A DNA stretch of 64,000 nt from NCBI GenBank assembly GCA_964187785.1, contig OZ076409.1, positions 2,418,001 to 2,482,000 of the forward strand, in the 5' to 3' direction. The notes below the pieces were generated by a model. The model made no database searches. It was not told the DNA's origin and saw only the letters and a list, made by a program, of their open reading frames with translations. Origin of the DNA: Amphiscolops sp. MND2022. Lineage: Eukaryota. Of the stretch, positions 25,583 through 38,422 are shown piece by piece. A program made the translations under genes and the position numbers. The stretch's first letter is position 1. Each line of letters begins with the position of its first letter.

Positions 25583-26165
25583 ATGGTCAAGGTATTGGTT
25601 ATTGGTGATAGTCACCATGAAAGAATCAGGATAAGTAATTTGAACTTTGCAGCAGACGTTGACGCTCGTGGCGGAAAAAAAGCCCATCATCTCTCGGAAA
25701 ACACTTTTAACACCATTTTAAAAAATACGATGCAATCTTTGTTCTCCTTGGTGGCAATGGCGTTCACTCTCATGATTACTATAACCCTAACCCAAAAACG
25801 TCAACGGAAACGGCTGAACAATTAATCAGTAGTCAATTTGTTCTAGAAACACTGCATTTGGTTCTGTTCAAATTCACTTATGAAGAAATGTCGAAAATTC
25901 TAGCCACAACATTTATCTGAAATATTTGACTTTTCTATTTTTAAAAAAATCATAAATGGTTCTTCTCTTAAATTTACTACTGTATAAGAAATTCAACGCT
26001 TCTGCAATGAGGACTGCATGAAGATTGTTACATCTTTGGTGTTCTGCCGCGACTGGACTGCCCGGAGATACCCCAATGAGCATTCATTCAAATTTTGTTG
26101 GATCTGCAAAAATTGTGGAAATTAGCCATGTTGACAAGCGAGATCGTGTGCATTTGAGAAAATGA
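25583..26165 (+). pseudogene. SGNH hydrolase pseudogene, array unit 4
   Basis: Copy with an additional ~19-nt deletion near 26075. Confidence 0.75.
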
Positions 26166-29100
26166 GTATTATGTACTGACAACGCTCATTAACAAACTTT
26201 ACAAAGATGCCTATACTGATGACTCAGATAAATAAAACGAAACATTTGTAAAATTCAGTCTTTTCTTCCCGTAAAGTTATGGTTCAGAAAAAAATTTTTT
26301 ACAAATCACATTTTTATTTGATCCTGTTATGTAGTTCACATTGGTAAGACGTGTAAACCTAACCCTAGTAGTTTCTTCTCTCGAAACCCCCAAAAACTCC
26401 AAACATTTCTCAGTTTTTTTGTATCGATAACGTTCCATAAAAACTGCAGGTGTCTACACTAACTTGATGCTTTTAAGCAAATAACAATTTCATTTATACT
26501 CATCTGAAACAATTTTGTTGAATTTGGCGTCTCATCCATTCGAACTTCAGTAAAGTGGCAGAAATTTAGTTACATAGCAATGAAATATCTGTTTTACATC
26601 ATTTTCAGTTTCGAAAAGAATGAAATAAAATATAAAGATTACTGAGACTGGTGTCTGACCCATTCTGGGTAGTAACAGTGCCGGAGTTTCACCTAAGAAT
26701 TCCATTACAGATTTACAACTTTGTGAATACAAGTAAAAATACAACAATATAGATTGTAAATGTTGCTGAAACTGGTGTCTGACCTTATGGTGTTAACAGT
26801 ACCAGAAAATCAATTACAATTAGAAATAAACATAATTGCTACATCTTTTTGAGAAAAAAAGCTATGTAAAGTTTGCATAGGAAAGGTGTTTGACTTTTTC
26901 TAGATGAGAGCAGTGCGAGAATTACACTTAAATAGACATGAAACAATCCCCATTTCTTTTGACCATATCCATCAGATATTTGATCATTATAAACGTTACT
27001 GGGACTGGTGTCCGACGGTATTGAGTGTTAACAGTACCAGAAAATCAGTAACATTTACGAATGAACAAATTGCTATCATCGGTTTCAAATTAAGATAAAA
27101 GGAAAAAATCTGCTAACTGCAAATTGTTCCTTCAGTTTCAAATCAAAAACGCAAATCATGCCAGTAATCAATAACTAACTGTCCCTTGAAGAGGCTACCA
27201 CAGATCTTCATTACTTGTTGACGATGCTCCATGCAAAAAAGTGCATAAAGACTGTCTTTTTTCAAAGTTACGAATGGCCAGCGATCGAAGCACGAAAGTG
27301 CCTTCATAAAAACTCATTTTGTTGCGTAAATTTCGCAGTGACAAAATTGTTGCCATTTTCACTACGAATCAAACTGATAATGCTCAACTGCTGCGTTATT
27401 GCAGCAAACTTGTACCTGGTGTCGTGTGCGCTCTAATATGACCGAAGTTTGAGTCAAAAAATATGGGTACAACTTCCTCAACACCCATTATCACTACAGT
27501 GGAGCCTTTAGTCCCAATGAACTTGAAAGAGCTGCCGATTGTGTCCTGTCCCCGAGTGGTGTCGTCCGCGGACTTTTTACAGTTCCTCATCCAAACAAAT
27601 CACTTGTAACTGTCAAATGTAGATGCCGTTACGTCCGTATGCAATGGCATATTTTGCGACGGGCAACCACGTGCTCATTGTCCCTGCTTAGAGATTGACA
27701 ACAGAAAAACAGATTGGGCAATTTCTGCGGACATCGTTCGTCCAGAGCTGTTTCACTCGGCTGTCATTAGATCGAAACGATTACTTTCTTTTTGCCCCTT
27801 TGTGTAGAAATGCCGACCCGAACAAAAACTCGGTGTCCTAGATTTGGATGATTCTGTGAAAAAGCGCGTCAATCAAGTTAATGCAAATAGCGGATGGTTC
27901 TTGTGATCGATGCTTTATTGTGAACGAATCACATCTTCGCCGCTTCATGTTCTACCCAAAAAAGTGTGCAAAAACACCCAGCCGTCTTTGGATGCAATAT
28001 TTCAACGAACCATGTTGAAAGAATATCTTTGTGCGATCCATGGTTAAATTACTGCACCAATGGTCGTAGATCTTCATGGAAAGGAAGGCGTTTGACCGTG
28101 TGTTGTGCTAGACTTCAATGAAAAGTCTCCTATCGGAGGTAGTCGCCGACGATGCAACCATTTTCGAAGACCTTACAATGAAACTTGAAATCTGATAAAA
28201 TAGAGCCAATAAAAAAATCCACAACAAATTTTGTTTTCCTCAAGTGCGGTGCTCGATTGGATGTACATAATTTGTTGGTGAGAGGAACTATTCCTAATAA
28301 TATATCTTCAATAAAAAGGACCCCAAGTTCACGTACAACCTCACTAATTGGAAATCACGGCTGAACTCTCTCAGACCAGACTGGTCACAAGAGTATAACT
28401 AAAACGACTTTTTACTCTGAAGCCAAATGTAATGGTAGATAATGTCAATAGGTTGTGTATGGCTACATGTAAATTTCACAAGGGTGGATCAAGTAAACAC
28501 ATTGTTCATCCTCCAGCTAATCCAACTGGAAAGGCTGCCAAACAAGTTTGCCGACCGTTTGGCAGAGCAACTGTGAGTTAAAACTGTTACAAACCGACGA
28601 AACCGAACTAATTAACCCATACGTATTCAATGGGAATCGCCAAAGGCAGTCTTGCTGGTATTAGTTCCACCACTGTTTCGATGAAAAAATGGGATGCTGC
28701 GTTTGGAAAGGACGATGTTTCCCGTGAATTTTTGTGTTGCAACAAGCGCAAGGACATCCAGTTGCTTTTGCAAAAACGGGTTTCAAAAGAACTCTCACAC
28801 GATCTACTCAATAGTATCAGCTCAACTGATGTTTTGCCCATGCCGACCACATTTCCAACAGTCTTCAGATGACCACATCAGTTCCCATGAATCAGGCTCT
28901 GGCGCTGGAAAAATTCAGGAAACAGGACTGGTGGCGGATTATTTTCCTATTTTTCCCATTTGACAACTACGGATTCCACCCGTCCGACTTGAATTTTGCC
29001 AACATTGACCAACTTCATTTCTGGTGCTTTTCGGTAATGTTTTCATCGAGTACAACTTTTCATTCCTCTTTACTGGAATCAACGAGTATTGAAGAAAAAT

Positions 29101-30545
29101 CCCTTTGCAACATATTCGAGATGATGCTTTCCATTGGGGCTAAGAAGCCAACAAAACGACAACGATCGGAGTTGGAGTCCTTTTTTGCTACCAGTTTCCA
29201 AAATATTACATCTAATTATGTGAACAATTTGAAGATAACACTTTCCAGAATAATTTTTCAAACTATCAAGAAGTTACCCGAGAATATGTTGAGCAAACTT
29301 TAACATCCTGTTGTACAGAGAAAGGTGTTTCGTTCGTGACCTCTTCCAGAGGGAGTTGCATCCAATGCATCCTGTTTACCTGATCGACTAATATCAAGTA
29401 ATGGAATAGATACCTATGAATTGAGATCAATTACTCTTTTTGAACAAAAGAATGCAAAAACAGTTGACAAACGGCGGAGTAATTTCCTGCTGGTGGTTGT
29501 ACTCTAGGTCCTCAAAATCGCCTTCAAAAGTGGATGTTGCTGATATTGTTGAAATGGGTCGATATCACATGAATTGGTCCTTCTGCCATTACGAGCTGAT
29601 AGATTCCATTGATTCGCGCTAATTAAAGTACCAATATTTGGAATATTATGGGGGGGGCAGGGAAAGTTCATTTGCCACAACCACCAAATGCCACTAACTG
29701 TTAACCCCAAACACAACAACCAATGTTCGATCGGAAAATCTTGCAAACGAATAGTTAAATGAAAATGCCCATCTGATGATTGTTCTTCTGCAATTTGTGA
29801 AAAACATTCCAAAACATCTAGTCTTGACGGAGGCCGCCTTTTTGTAAAACCAACTCCAATTGTAAAAACAAATAATGAAGAAATAACAACGAGTCATGCA
29901 GAAACACACATCCACAGACGTTTCGGACACAGAATCGGAAGTAAAAGATTTTTCTTTCGTCAATAACGCAACTGACGCTGGTCTTAATGCCACCGCAACT
30001 GAATTCAGCGTTACTGATTCCGGTTGCATGTGTGATAGATCAAAACGACAAGACAATGCCAGTGCAGATACTGCTGAACAGTGACTGCCTAGTACTCCAG
30101 AAGTATTGCTTCAGAAACGACTGTAAAAAAGCCACAATGTTTTGCAGAAACCGCTTCGCATGCTGATTCTGTTCCTCTTTTTTACCCCGAAGGTGCGCTT
30201 TTTTCGACACTTTGTATCACGAACAAGCTGATATACAATAACGGGGCTATACCTGCTCCTCTCTACAGTGTGAAAGTTAGCAAACAATTCAGCTTTGCTT
30301 CAGTTGAGAATCACAAAAAGGACGGCCTTGTTGAATCCGAATCTTTTACAGTCAACAGAAATCCGAAGCATCCAGACTTCATTTGACTGTTTTCAACCAT
30401 CAACTAAAATTTCCCGTCAAGCTTTGTTCTCAATCGTGATTTTCAGGAAGTTCCATCAAATGAACATAAAACTATCACACCAGACAACGTGATACTGTAA
30501 TTTGAGGAGGCTGATTCCAGAGTTCGCGAGAACAAACTTGCTGCT

Positions 30546-31250
30546 TTGTTGTCAGAGAAACCACCAGCTTTCTTCTTGACATTAACATGCAACCAGGAAG
30601 AACATTTAAGAGTAAAACCAATTTTTCACGCGTTAAAAACTAAGTATGACCGATGCAACAAAGAAGAGAGGGAAAAAGCAGTTCAAGCAGAATTTGTGCT
30701 GCTTACGAGGGCATGGTATCGTTCCGCTGAGGCTCTCCTGCAATATATTGAAAAATCCCCTGAAAAGTCTTTAGGTACAGTCACCAAGATTTGGTCCCGG
30801 TACGAGTTCCAGTCTGCAGAAAGAAATCTACCGCACATTCATGACATTATCTGGACGAAGGAACTCGAAGAGTTGAAAGTAAAAGTTGTCTGTGCAAGTA
30901 ATTCCGCGTTGTTTGAGTTCAAACTTATTTGTGAACCGACCTTCCAGATTTGATGGATCAACTGATGCAGTTCCAAACATGCGAAAAGGTCAGTTTCCGA
31001 TGCCACACTGTGACAAAAGACGATGGCTCCTCAACTTGTAGAGTGCCCCGCTATCCTTTCGCTACACGTTACACCTGGCGAAAAGTGCCTTCTTGCCACA
31101 CCGACGGAGCACTAGAACAACTTTATCACTTAACTTTGGCCGTTCCTTCTCCCACACAAGACAACAACTTTGAAGTTCGCCCTATACTGCAAGGAGGTAA
31201 ATTCGAGTACCCTGCTTCTGCTGACAAAATTCTATCACCATTTAAAAAAA
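30546..31250 (+). pseudogene. Helitron-like HUH Rep endonuclease domain (disrupted)
   Basis: Motif 1 FFLTLTCN, motif 2 WSRYEFQSAERNLPHIHDIIW, then Q..TC....RC........CRVPRYP; catalytic YxxKY motif not found (deleted). Confidence 0.8.
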
Positions 31251-31299
31251 TCCGATGGTCACATTCAGCAAGTTCGCGCATCAGGTACTCCATATAAGC

Positions 31300-31900
31300 T
31301 TTTTGAAACAACTGATGAAATCTGTCTCGCCAAGAGCAAAATTTGGACGACTGTAACTGACTCTGAACAAGTAACGAACCACCGGAACAAGGTGAACGAA
31401 CCGAAACTCATTGTTTATCCGAAGGCGTTGTTGAGAGTCACACTCAACATGAAAGAGGAACAACTGTCTCATAGTCAAGTAGGAGTGGTTCATGAAGTTC
31501 CCACTGGTGACTCGGTCACATTTTGCATACCCGACAGCAGCGGAGGCGAAGTAACCATTACCTTTGAAAGAATCGAATAGGAACAATATTTGACCTGGAG
31601 GTCTGTGACTTTTAGAAAACAAATGGGATTAGTGCAGGCTTTTAGGAAAAAAGTCAGTAAGACATCAGCAGCTCCCTCTGATGAATTCCTTTGCCTGACA
31701 ACGCACAAGCTCACGGGTGACATGTTTGACAAACTCGCAACGTCAATCTCGGCCAACGGAAATAATGCCCTGCGGATGACGTCCCAGGGTTCCGTCATAT
31801 TCAGTCAAGTGAAGCAACAAAAAAACCTGACTTTTGTCGGACCGAAATCGGAAACTTTGAATGCTGTGAGGAAAATTTTAGAGACAGACGTGAAGAACAT
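31300..31900 (+). pseudogene. C-terminal remnant of a PIF1-family helicase
   Basis: KLIVYPKALLRVTLNM....SHSQVGVV (2B region), LCLTTHKLTGDMF (motif V-like), SQGSVIFSQVKQQKNLTFVG (motif VI-like); Walker A/B region missing. Confidence 0.7.
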
Positions 31901-31999
31901 ATGTTTAGCTTAATGGATCGCATTAGGAATAACTCACGCTCTGGTTCCACCGTCGAGACCATTATCTCTAGAATGCTGTTCGTTCAGTTTAACAAAATG

Positions 32000-32318
32000 A
32001 TACCAGAGACACCAAATGTTTATCTTCTGACAAGTGTCAATCCAAACTCGGCAGGAACTTTTTACATCGGCCAAACAAGTAGGGCGTTGTTGAACTAGTT
32101 TCTAGGGGCACAATACCGGGAATAGCGCTGAATTCACGAAAGTACACCACCGACTACCGTGGGCTGTTGCCGCTTTTATTTGTAACTTTGCGTCCTCGAA
32201 TTCCCAGAAAGATTTAAAAGAACTACATCGTCGTAAAATTGCTTGGCGGCACACTTTAAAATCTCTAGAAGAAATGATTGCACTTTTCCACAAAAAGTTT
32301 GATTCCAAGTTATTATGA
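32000..32318 (+). pseudogene. GIY-YIG (SLX1-like) endonuclease domain, disrupted
   Basis: VYLLTS.....TFYIGQT, then after a frameshift/stop HNTGNSAEFTKVHHRLPWAVAAFICNF. Confidence 0.75.
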
Positions 32319-33515
32319 GGCTTTCTTGAACGTAGGCACTGTTGAATATCGCACAAAGCGCGACTACAGATGGTGGACACCCTGCTATATTCAAGGGCAA
32401 AGTTCGATAAGTTATTCGAAGGTGAGTAATGTATGAAATTCAATTTTCTACTTTAAAAGTTAAAGTAGATTTAAAAATTTCATCATCTTGCTTAAACAAT
32501 GCTGAGTATCGCAAAAAGTTCGAATGAAGAGGGTGGACACCGTGCGATAATCAAAACTTTTATTTTCTTTATGTATAATTCATGCGATACAGATGGTTTG
32601 GTTACTTTTTTGCACTTGAATGGGACACATGCTGAAAAGTAGAAGAGAAGGGACGAACTCAACAGCGGATGACACGGCAAGTAGCTAAAGTCTACATGTA
32701 CCTGCCACGCTTTAGTTATAGGAATTCATTTAGGAAAATTTTTTACTTGAAAGACACTTGAATGCTTTCGGATTCTTCGTGAAACTCGAAAATCAAAACT
32801 TCGTTTCAATACTTAGATTGGGTGGACAACGTTTAGGAATTTAGGTCTTAGTTCTTTGTGAGGTGGATTCAAAAGAAGTTAGTTGAGCAAAAAAAACAAC
32901 TGAATTTCAGAGATATGAACAAACAAAACTGAGGGAAAATCAACAATATAAAACAGGCTACAACGTAGAATTACATTTCCATTCATAAACATGAACATGT
33001 ACACGTAAGCACTATACAACGAAATTTCGTACAATTACTTTTCGAAACACAACATAAAAATTATTGAATACACATGAAAATCAGCAAATTATAGCAGCAG
33101 AGACATTTACAAAACATTAAATTTGTATCAGGTCACGTATTTGAGATAGTCAGCGAAAACAACCGAACAGGTGAAAAATAGGGCTTTTTTGTGTCCAAAA
33201 TAAAATGGCGGACTACACGATATGAGGGAAAATACTTGTTAACTGGATCATTCACATCTATTTTAGGTGCACTGTTATGGTTTTAATAATTGCAATTGCG
33301 TTTAAGTAAAATCATGCCTCGATAATGGATCCCTGCTCCATGGGTCAGAAGAGTGGTTAGAAAGGCTGTTCCTCGCAAATGTCATCGTAGATCGAAATCA
33401 GTAGAACAGTACACTTGATCTTTTCTGTCTGTTGTTGTTTTGTTGTTCTGTTCGTTTCTATTCTCTATCTGCGTTGCATTATGGTCACTAAATCTCGGAC
33501 ATTTTCATAAAAGTC

Positions 33516-34001
33516 ATGTCTAAGAAAGTATTTGAAAGGAGAGTGTCCATGGACGCTGACTATAAAGAACCGGAGGAGTGGGAGGAGTATTGGTTCGGGG
33601 TGCGGTGACTGGGTCACGCGAGAAGAAGATGCGGAGAGATATGATCGCCTGCAGATCCCCCCTAGGTTGGGTTGGTCTAAAGAGAATAAGTTCTTGAGCA
33701 GGATAAAGAAGGGCATCCAAGCCGTAAACGGTTGACTGTCAGGAGAAAGCCGCAAGCAAAGGAGATTAAAAGGCAGTATAGAAAGTTTGGGAAAAAGGTC
33801 TGTCAAGAAGCGTGGCGAAAGGATGTGGCACCCCAATATCGAAGGTTGTTGCTTGAAGTCCGCCCAGACCTTAAGCCAAAATGGAGAGTGGTTGAGTCCG
33901 ATGATGAGCAGTTATCGGAGCTCAATAAGATCGAGCTGGAAAGGTTAATTGAAGATGAGCTGCGAGCAGAAGCGGCTCAGGGTGCTAGTACATCGTACTA
34001 G
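33516..34001 (+). pseudogene. Decayed ORF of unknown function (possible transposon cargo)
   Basis: Purine-rich coding-like composition; basic then acidic helical peptide ending ELERLIEDELRAEAAQGASTSY*; internal stops upstream. Confidence 0.35.
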
Positions 34002-34859
34002 TACCTTCTTTTGTTTGTGGTTACCTTTGTTTGTGGAATGTCTCAAATGGATGCGGCTGATATAGAGTCGGAATTGAATAACTAGTTAACTATCGATGAC
34101 TCTAGCCAAAACCCTCCCTTGGTGGCGGAGCACTCCGCAAACTTGGAGCCAACGGCTAACATTGAACCCTAATCTGCAGTCCAATCAATACGAAGGAAGA
34201 AAGTACCACCCACGCTAACAAAGCAAAAACAAGAAAACAAACAAAATGATGACTACTTACTATAGTGCATAAACCAATTTTTGTTTTGACAGCCTTGTCA
34301 GATTCTCCGCGCTATGCCGGTCACTTTAGTTCGGTGCTTTATAGAATGAATCCTGAAATGATACTCAACGCATCGTACGAACGCATTAGAAGCATTAGGG
34401 AACGTTTTTACAGGCTCGTGGGGCGTGTCCGGACTTTGATCAAAAACTATTGTCTAGGGATGTAGTAAGACAACGGTCTCCTGTTTAAGCACCCTAGGCA
34501 TTGTCCCTTTCTGTTAAAGTTTTGTTCGTTGGTAAGTTCACTTTCACTGGACTTTGACTTTTTTGAATAAAACTTTTTCATTAACTGACGTAATCAAACC
34601 TTTAACCCCTACATCAATTGTTTTTCCCTATTGAGCTGAGTTGAGTGAGGCGTAGTGTTCATACAATACCCGAGTTCAGTCATTAGGCCTTTTCAAAATA
34701 GTGTAATGTGAGTCTAATGAAGCATTCAAAATGGGTAGGGTCCATTTTCAGTCTCCAATTAAGTGCATTTCCAGCACGTTCTTGAAAACGCCGGCTGCTA
34801 CAAAACTCAACCTGAAGTTCAGCCAACGTATGTCCCTAGGCTCTCCTCTCTAAGTCATC

Positions 34860-35300
34860 ATGCCCCGAATAGTGTCGCTCCTGTCACCCCAGAATCCCAA
34901 AATTGTGTCAGCTGACCCACTCATACCCGTGTCCATTAATGCATTCGAGCGACTGTACAACCTTCCTCCGGCTGATGTGGAATTCCTCCCAATTTCACAT
35001 GGTTCGACTTTGACTCGAAGTATTTGTGTCGAAGTATTCCAGGCTACAGCACAGGACAATGTTTGTATCGGGACGTTCTGTGACAGCCAGACGAACCAAC
35101 TGTCGTGTCCGTGCACTTGTACGGTACAAGAGAAGAAGTGGCCATGTTGCTCACTTTTTTCTGCGAAGAGCTGGCTGATATAGCTTGGGACCAGATGCTG
35201 TTGGTGTCCCAAGCTGTGTCCAGGGTGTTTATTTCGATGGAAAAGCTGAAATGGCCCCTGACAAATGACATAATAGACGCTTTCGATATGGACGATTCCG
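34860..35300 (+). pseudogene. Decayed exon-like ORF of unknown function
   Basis: Two overlapping ORFs joined by a frameshift, ending at a CC|GTAAGA donor-like site. Confidence 0.3.
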
Positions 35301-36684
35301 TAAGATCCCATTATTTTTTCTATCTGAGTTTCAGTTGAAAAAATTGTAAATCATTTGAATTCCAAAAAATGCATTGATATTGAAAAAAGCGAATATGGTA
35401 TGAATGATAATAACTCAAGGTTTTCAACAATCGAGGTATGCTGTGTCATGTGGCATCCTCCTATTCATGAGCTTATGGCATCGCATCTGTAGTCCTTTCA
35501 ATTTGTCTTTAGAGACTAATAAGCTCATTATTTGGATGATGCCACTTGACACAGCATACCTCGATTGTTGAAAATCTTACTTTACAAGAAAAATGACATG
35601 AATGGAATTTCTGCAGATACGAAGTCTTGTACACGCAGTGAATGGAAAGCAAGGTTTTAGAGAAAAAGGGTTGGTTTGAACCCGCTACAACCGATGATGG
35701 GGTCACACATGAGATATTTAGCATACATGTGTGCTCCTTTTCTCCAGTCTAGCATTGGTATGACGTGCAAAAAAAGCTGATGCACGGAGCCAGTTCGGGT
35801 GAGTATTTTTTCCCAATTTTCCAAAATAAAGTCATCTTATCTGATGACTTGCTCCAAGTATCGATCATGAGAAAAAATCCAACTGAGGGAAGCAGTTAGA
35901 AATGATGTTCGATCATGCAGCAAACGAAATAAATACTTCAAATAGAATAGGGTGTATTGCAAGCGTTGTGTATGGACACATGTTTTTAAAATGTAAAAAT
36001 TGCCTATCTGGATATTTTAATTCAACAGCCTTTTCAATTGCCCTTGTTTAATTTAGATGCCACTACTACTACCAACACAGAATCAGGTGCCAACAAAAGA
36101 GGCCCATCAAATGTGATCGTAACGGAGATAATGATGCCAGCGATAAAAGACCGCGCTAAGGACGAGGTCTATTTCGAGATACAAAATGTTGGTTTTTAAT
36201 AGCCAAGATGGGTTGCCAACAGTATTAACCCGGAGCTTTACGTTTTCCAACTATTCCCTCATTATGAAACAATTTTGACCGAACACCCTCGTTGCAGTAT
36301 TTCTTTTTCTAAAATAACGGTTTCACTTGAAATTAAATTAATCAGGTCTGTTTCTTTATATTGAAAGTTTATTTGTTAGTGTTAGTCAAGTTTACTCGTA
36401 CGTATTTAATCTTAGTGAATTCATTTTTACTGAACCGGTTGTCTCCTCTAAATATGAAGTTAACATTAGACATCTAATAGTTACGTATTTCCATGCTTCA
36501 ACCTAAATATTGCTCACGTTGGTATTCCAGATATGAAACTATATGATTCCAGATATGTAAGTATCCAGATATGATTACTTAGTATTCCAGATATGATTCT
36601 ATTATTAATGGAAGATTAGTGTGCCCGGAGGCGCCTATTGAACACTTTTCTGTTTATTCATTATTTAGCGCATAATTAATCACT

Positions 36685-37030
36685 GAACCAGTTCCTACCG
36701 CCTTTAAATCTCGGACTGAATCAAATATTACCACTAAGTGTAGACGAAGTTTCACATTCGCATTTGAATGCAGGCGACGCTCTCAACGAACGAATGATTA
36801 ACACTCATTCGCTTCATCTCAATAACTCGGCGTACGAAAGCATAAATAACACTCGCTCGCTTCATCGCACGAGAATTGAATTGCAGTCGGCAGCTTGAGA
36901 AATTTAATTCTCACGCTTAGAGTCACTGTCGAACAAAATATCTGAATTCTTCAGTATCACGACACGAATTGCACTGAAAAGGGAATTGAGATTTCAATAA
37001 AATTCCTGCTACCGCAGAAATCATAATAGA
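36685..37030. repeat. Interspersed repeat shared with ~52820-53180 and ~59300-59660
   Basis: Shared ACCAGTT..ACCGC.TTTAA...GTAGACGAAGTTTC.CATTCGCATTT...CGTACGAAAGCATAA...GTCGGCAGCTT. Confidence 0.7.
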
Positions 37031-37042
37031 AAGTTCACTTAC

Positions 37043-37249
37043 AGGACACTTGTACAGGGTATCCTCGCCAACTTCAGCCAGCAGGTGAAACTCGTGTGAC
37101 AAAAGTCCCCCCATGGCCCCAGAGGGTGCTGCTACCTCCACCAGCAGCCGGGAGAGGCCAATCTCTCGGAACAAGAGTCTATAAGCCGTTCTCACTTCGT
37201 CGTAGAAGCGAGAACAGTCGTCAAGGTCACTGTGGAAACTGTACATGTC
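37043..37249 (-). CDS. PARS2: PARS2 coding exon
   Basis: CCTGAAG| acceptor, CCT|GTAAGT donor; DMYSFH...AYRLLF...GAMGGLLSHEFHLLAEVGEDTLYKCP. Confidence 0.95.
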
Positions 37250-37671
37250 CTTCAGGCGAACCAAGATTGGAATTGAAATTATGTAATCACTTAAACAGTT
37301 ACGGAAAAAACGAAGATCAGATGTTAAATTGAATGCATTTCGGAAAATATTCCATATGCACTGTTTCATAAGTTTATCACAACAATTAGGCTATCACGCG
37401 ACAACGTCTAAGAAATCAAATATTCGTCGTCTAATGTGGGTGAAGTATCGAGAGGTTGAAACAGCCAACAATCAAAACCGACAGCAGTGAAACGATCATT
37501 GTTCTCTTATTTTTGAACCTCCAAAAAGCTCAAATTTTCGACATTTGAATGTTATTACGGTGGCATGAAAGGGCACTTGACGATTAAGGAGCACCGGAAA
37601 ATACGCCTTGAAAACCTAATGCTGAAGTAAAATCTATTCAGCCACAACTTTGGCTACTATTTATCTTGTAA

Positions 37672-38422
37672 AACCAGAGCCGCTTGTGCGGTAAAGGTGT
37701 CGGAAACGGATTGAAACATTGAACAAGACGGGAACGTCTAAAGTCGGCGCTATATCTAAGGCTCAAAAAGCGCAAAAGACTTTAAAAAAAAAACGAATTT
37801 TTTGATTTTTTTTCTATCAGAAAATGTCGCATAGTGCCGAAAAATGTAAAAGGAGGGACCCTTTGGGCTTTATCAACATATATTCTGTTGCAAAATATCA
37901 AAAAACTCGAAAGGGGGACTCTTTTGAGACATTAAAAAACTTTCGAAAAAAGTCGCACAATGCCGAAAAAAAAATCGAAAGGGGGACCCTTTAGTCTCGT
38001 TCGGTTTTGTAGGTTACGTTAAAAAAGTAAAAAATGAAAGGGGGGACCCTTTTGCACTAATTTCCGCTGACCGGACTTGGCCTTATGGTTGTAGCTTTAG
38101 TAGTTTCGATTCTAAGAAAAGTGGCCCAATCAGAGTGAGATTGTAGTCTGACGAAAAAAAACTAGCCACTGTAAGACTCGGACACTTTTCACTAGAAAAG
38201 CGCCGACTAAAAACAAATTACGTACTTTATGTCATTTGGCCATTTTGGACTAATTTTGGCTATGTTTCTCAGATCCCAGTCATACAATTTTGATGTCATT
38301 GCGCACACAGGAGCACCAAAGTTCACAAAAATCGCATGGACAGTTCTTGCGAAATTCGAAATTTTCTCAAAAAAAAGGTTCGAGTGCATAAATAGTCGAA
38401 ATATTTTTTCCGACTCCTAAAA
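37672..38422 (-). mobile_element. Family C Helentron-type element with a family A copy (37722-38212) nested inside
   Basis: Outer ends AACCAGAGCCGC.TGTGCGGTAAAGG.GTCGG ... CCGACTCCTAAAA; inner element has complete family A termini. Confidence 0.7.

Larger units (their letters stand above)
16551..26633. repeat. Head-to-tail tandem array of four ~2.5-kb units (starts 16551, 19102, 21548, 24101)
   Basis: Near-identical units; identical ORFs recur with periods of 2551, 2446 and ~2555 bp; unit 2 lacks ~105 bp of the TTAGG-like tract; unit 4 is the most diverged. Confidence 0.97.
27300..32318 (+). mobile_element. Decayed Helitron-like rolling-circle transposon coding region (Zn finger - HUH Rep - PIF1 helicase remnant - GIY-YIG); boundaries approximate
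   Basis: Chain of frameshifted plus-strand ORFs carrying the motifs listed in the three sub-features; Cys/His cluster C..GKSC...CPSDDCSSAICEKH near 29720-29810. Confidence 0.75.

Noticed and set aside
36400..36700. Canonical Helitron 3' hairpin plus CTRR terminus
   Set aside because: No convincing GC-rich hairpin followed by CTRR was found; element ends left undefined
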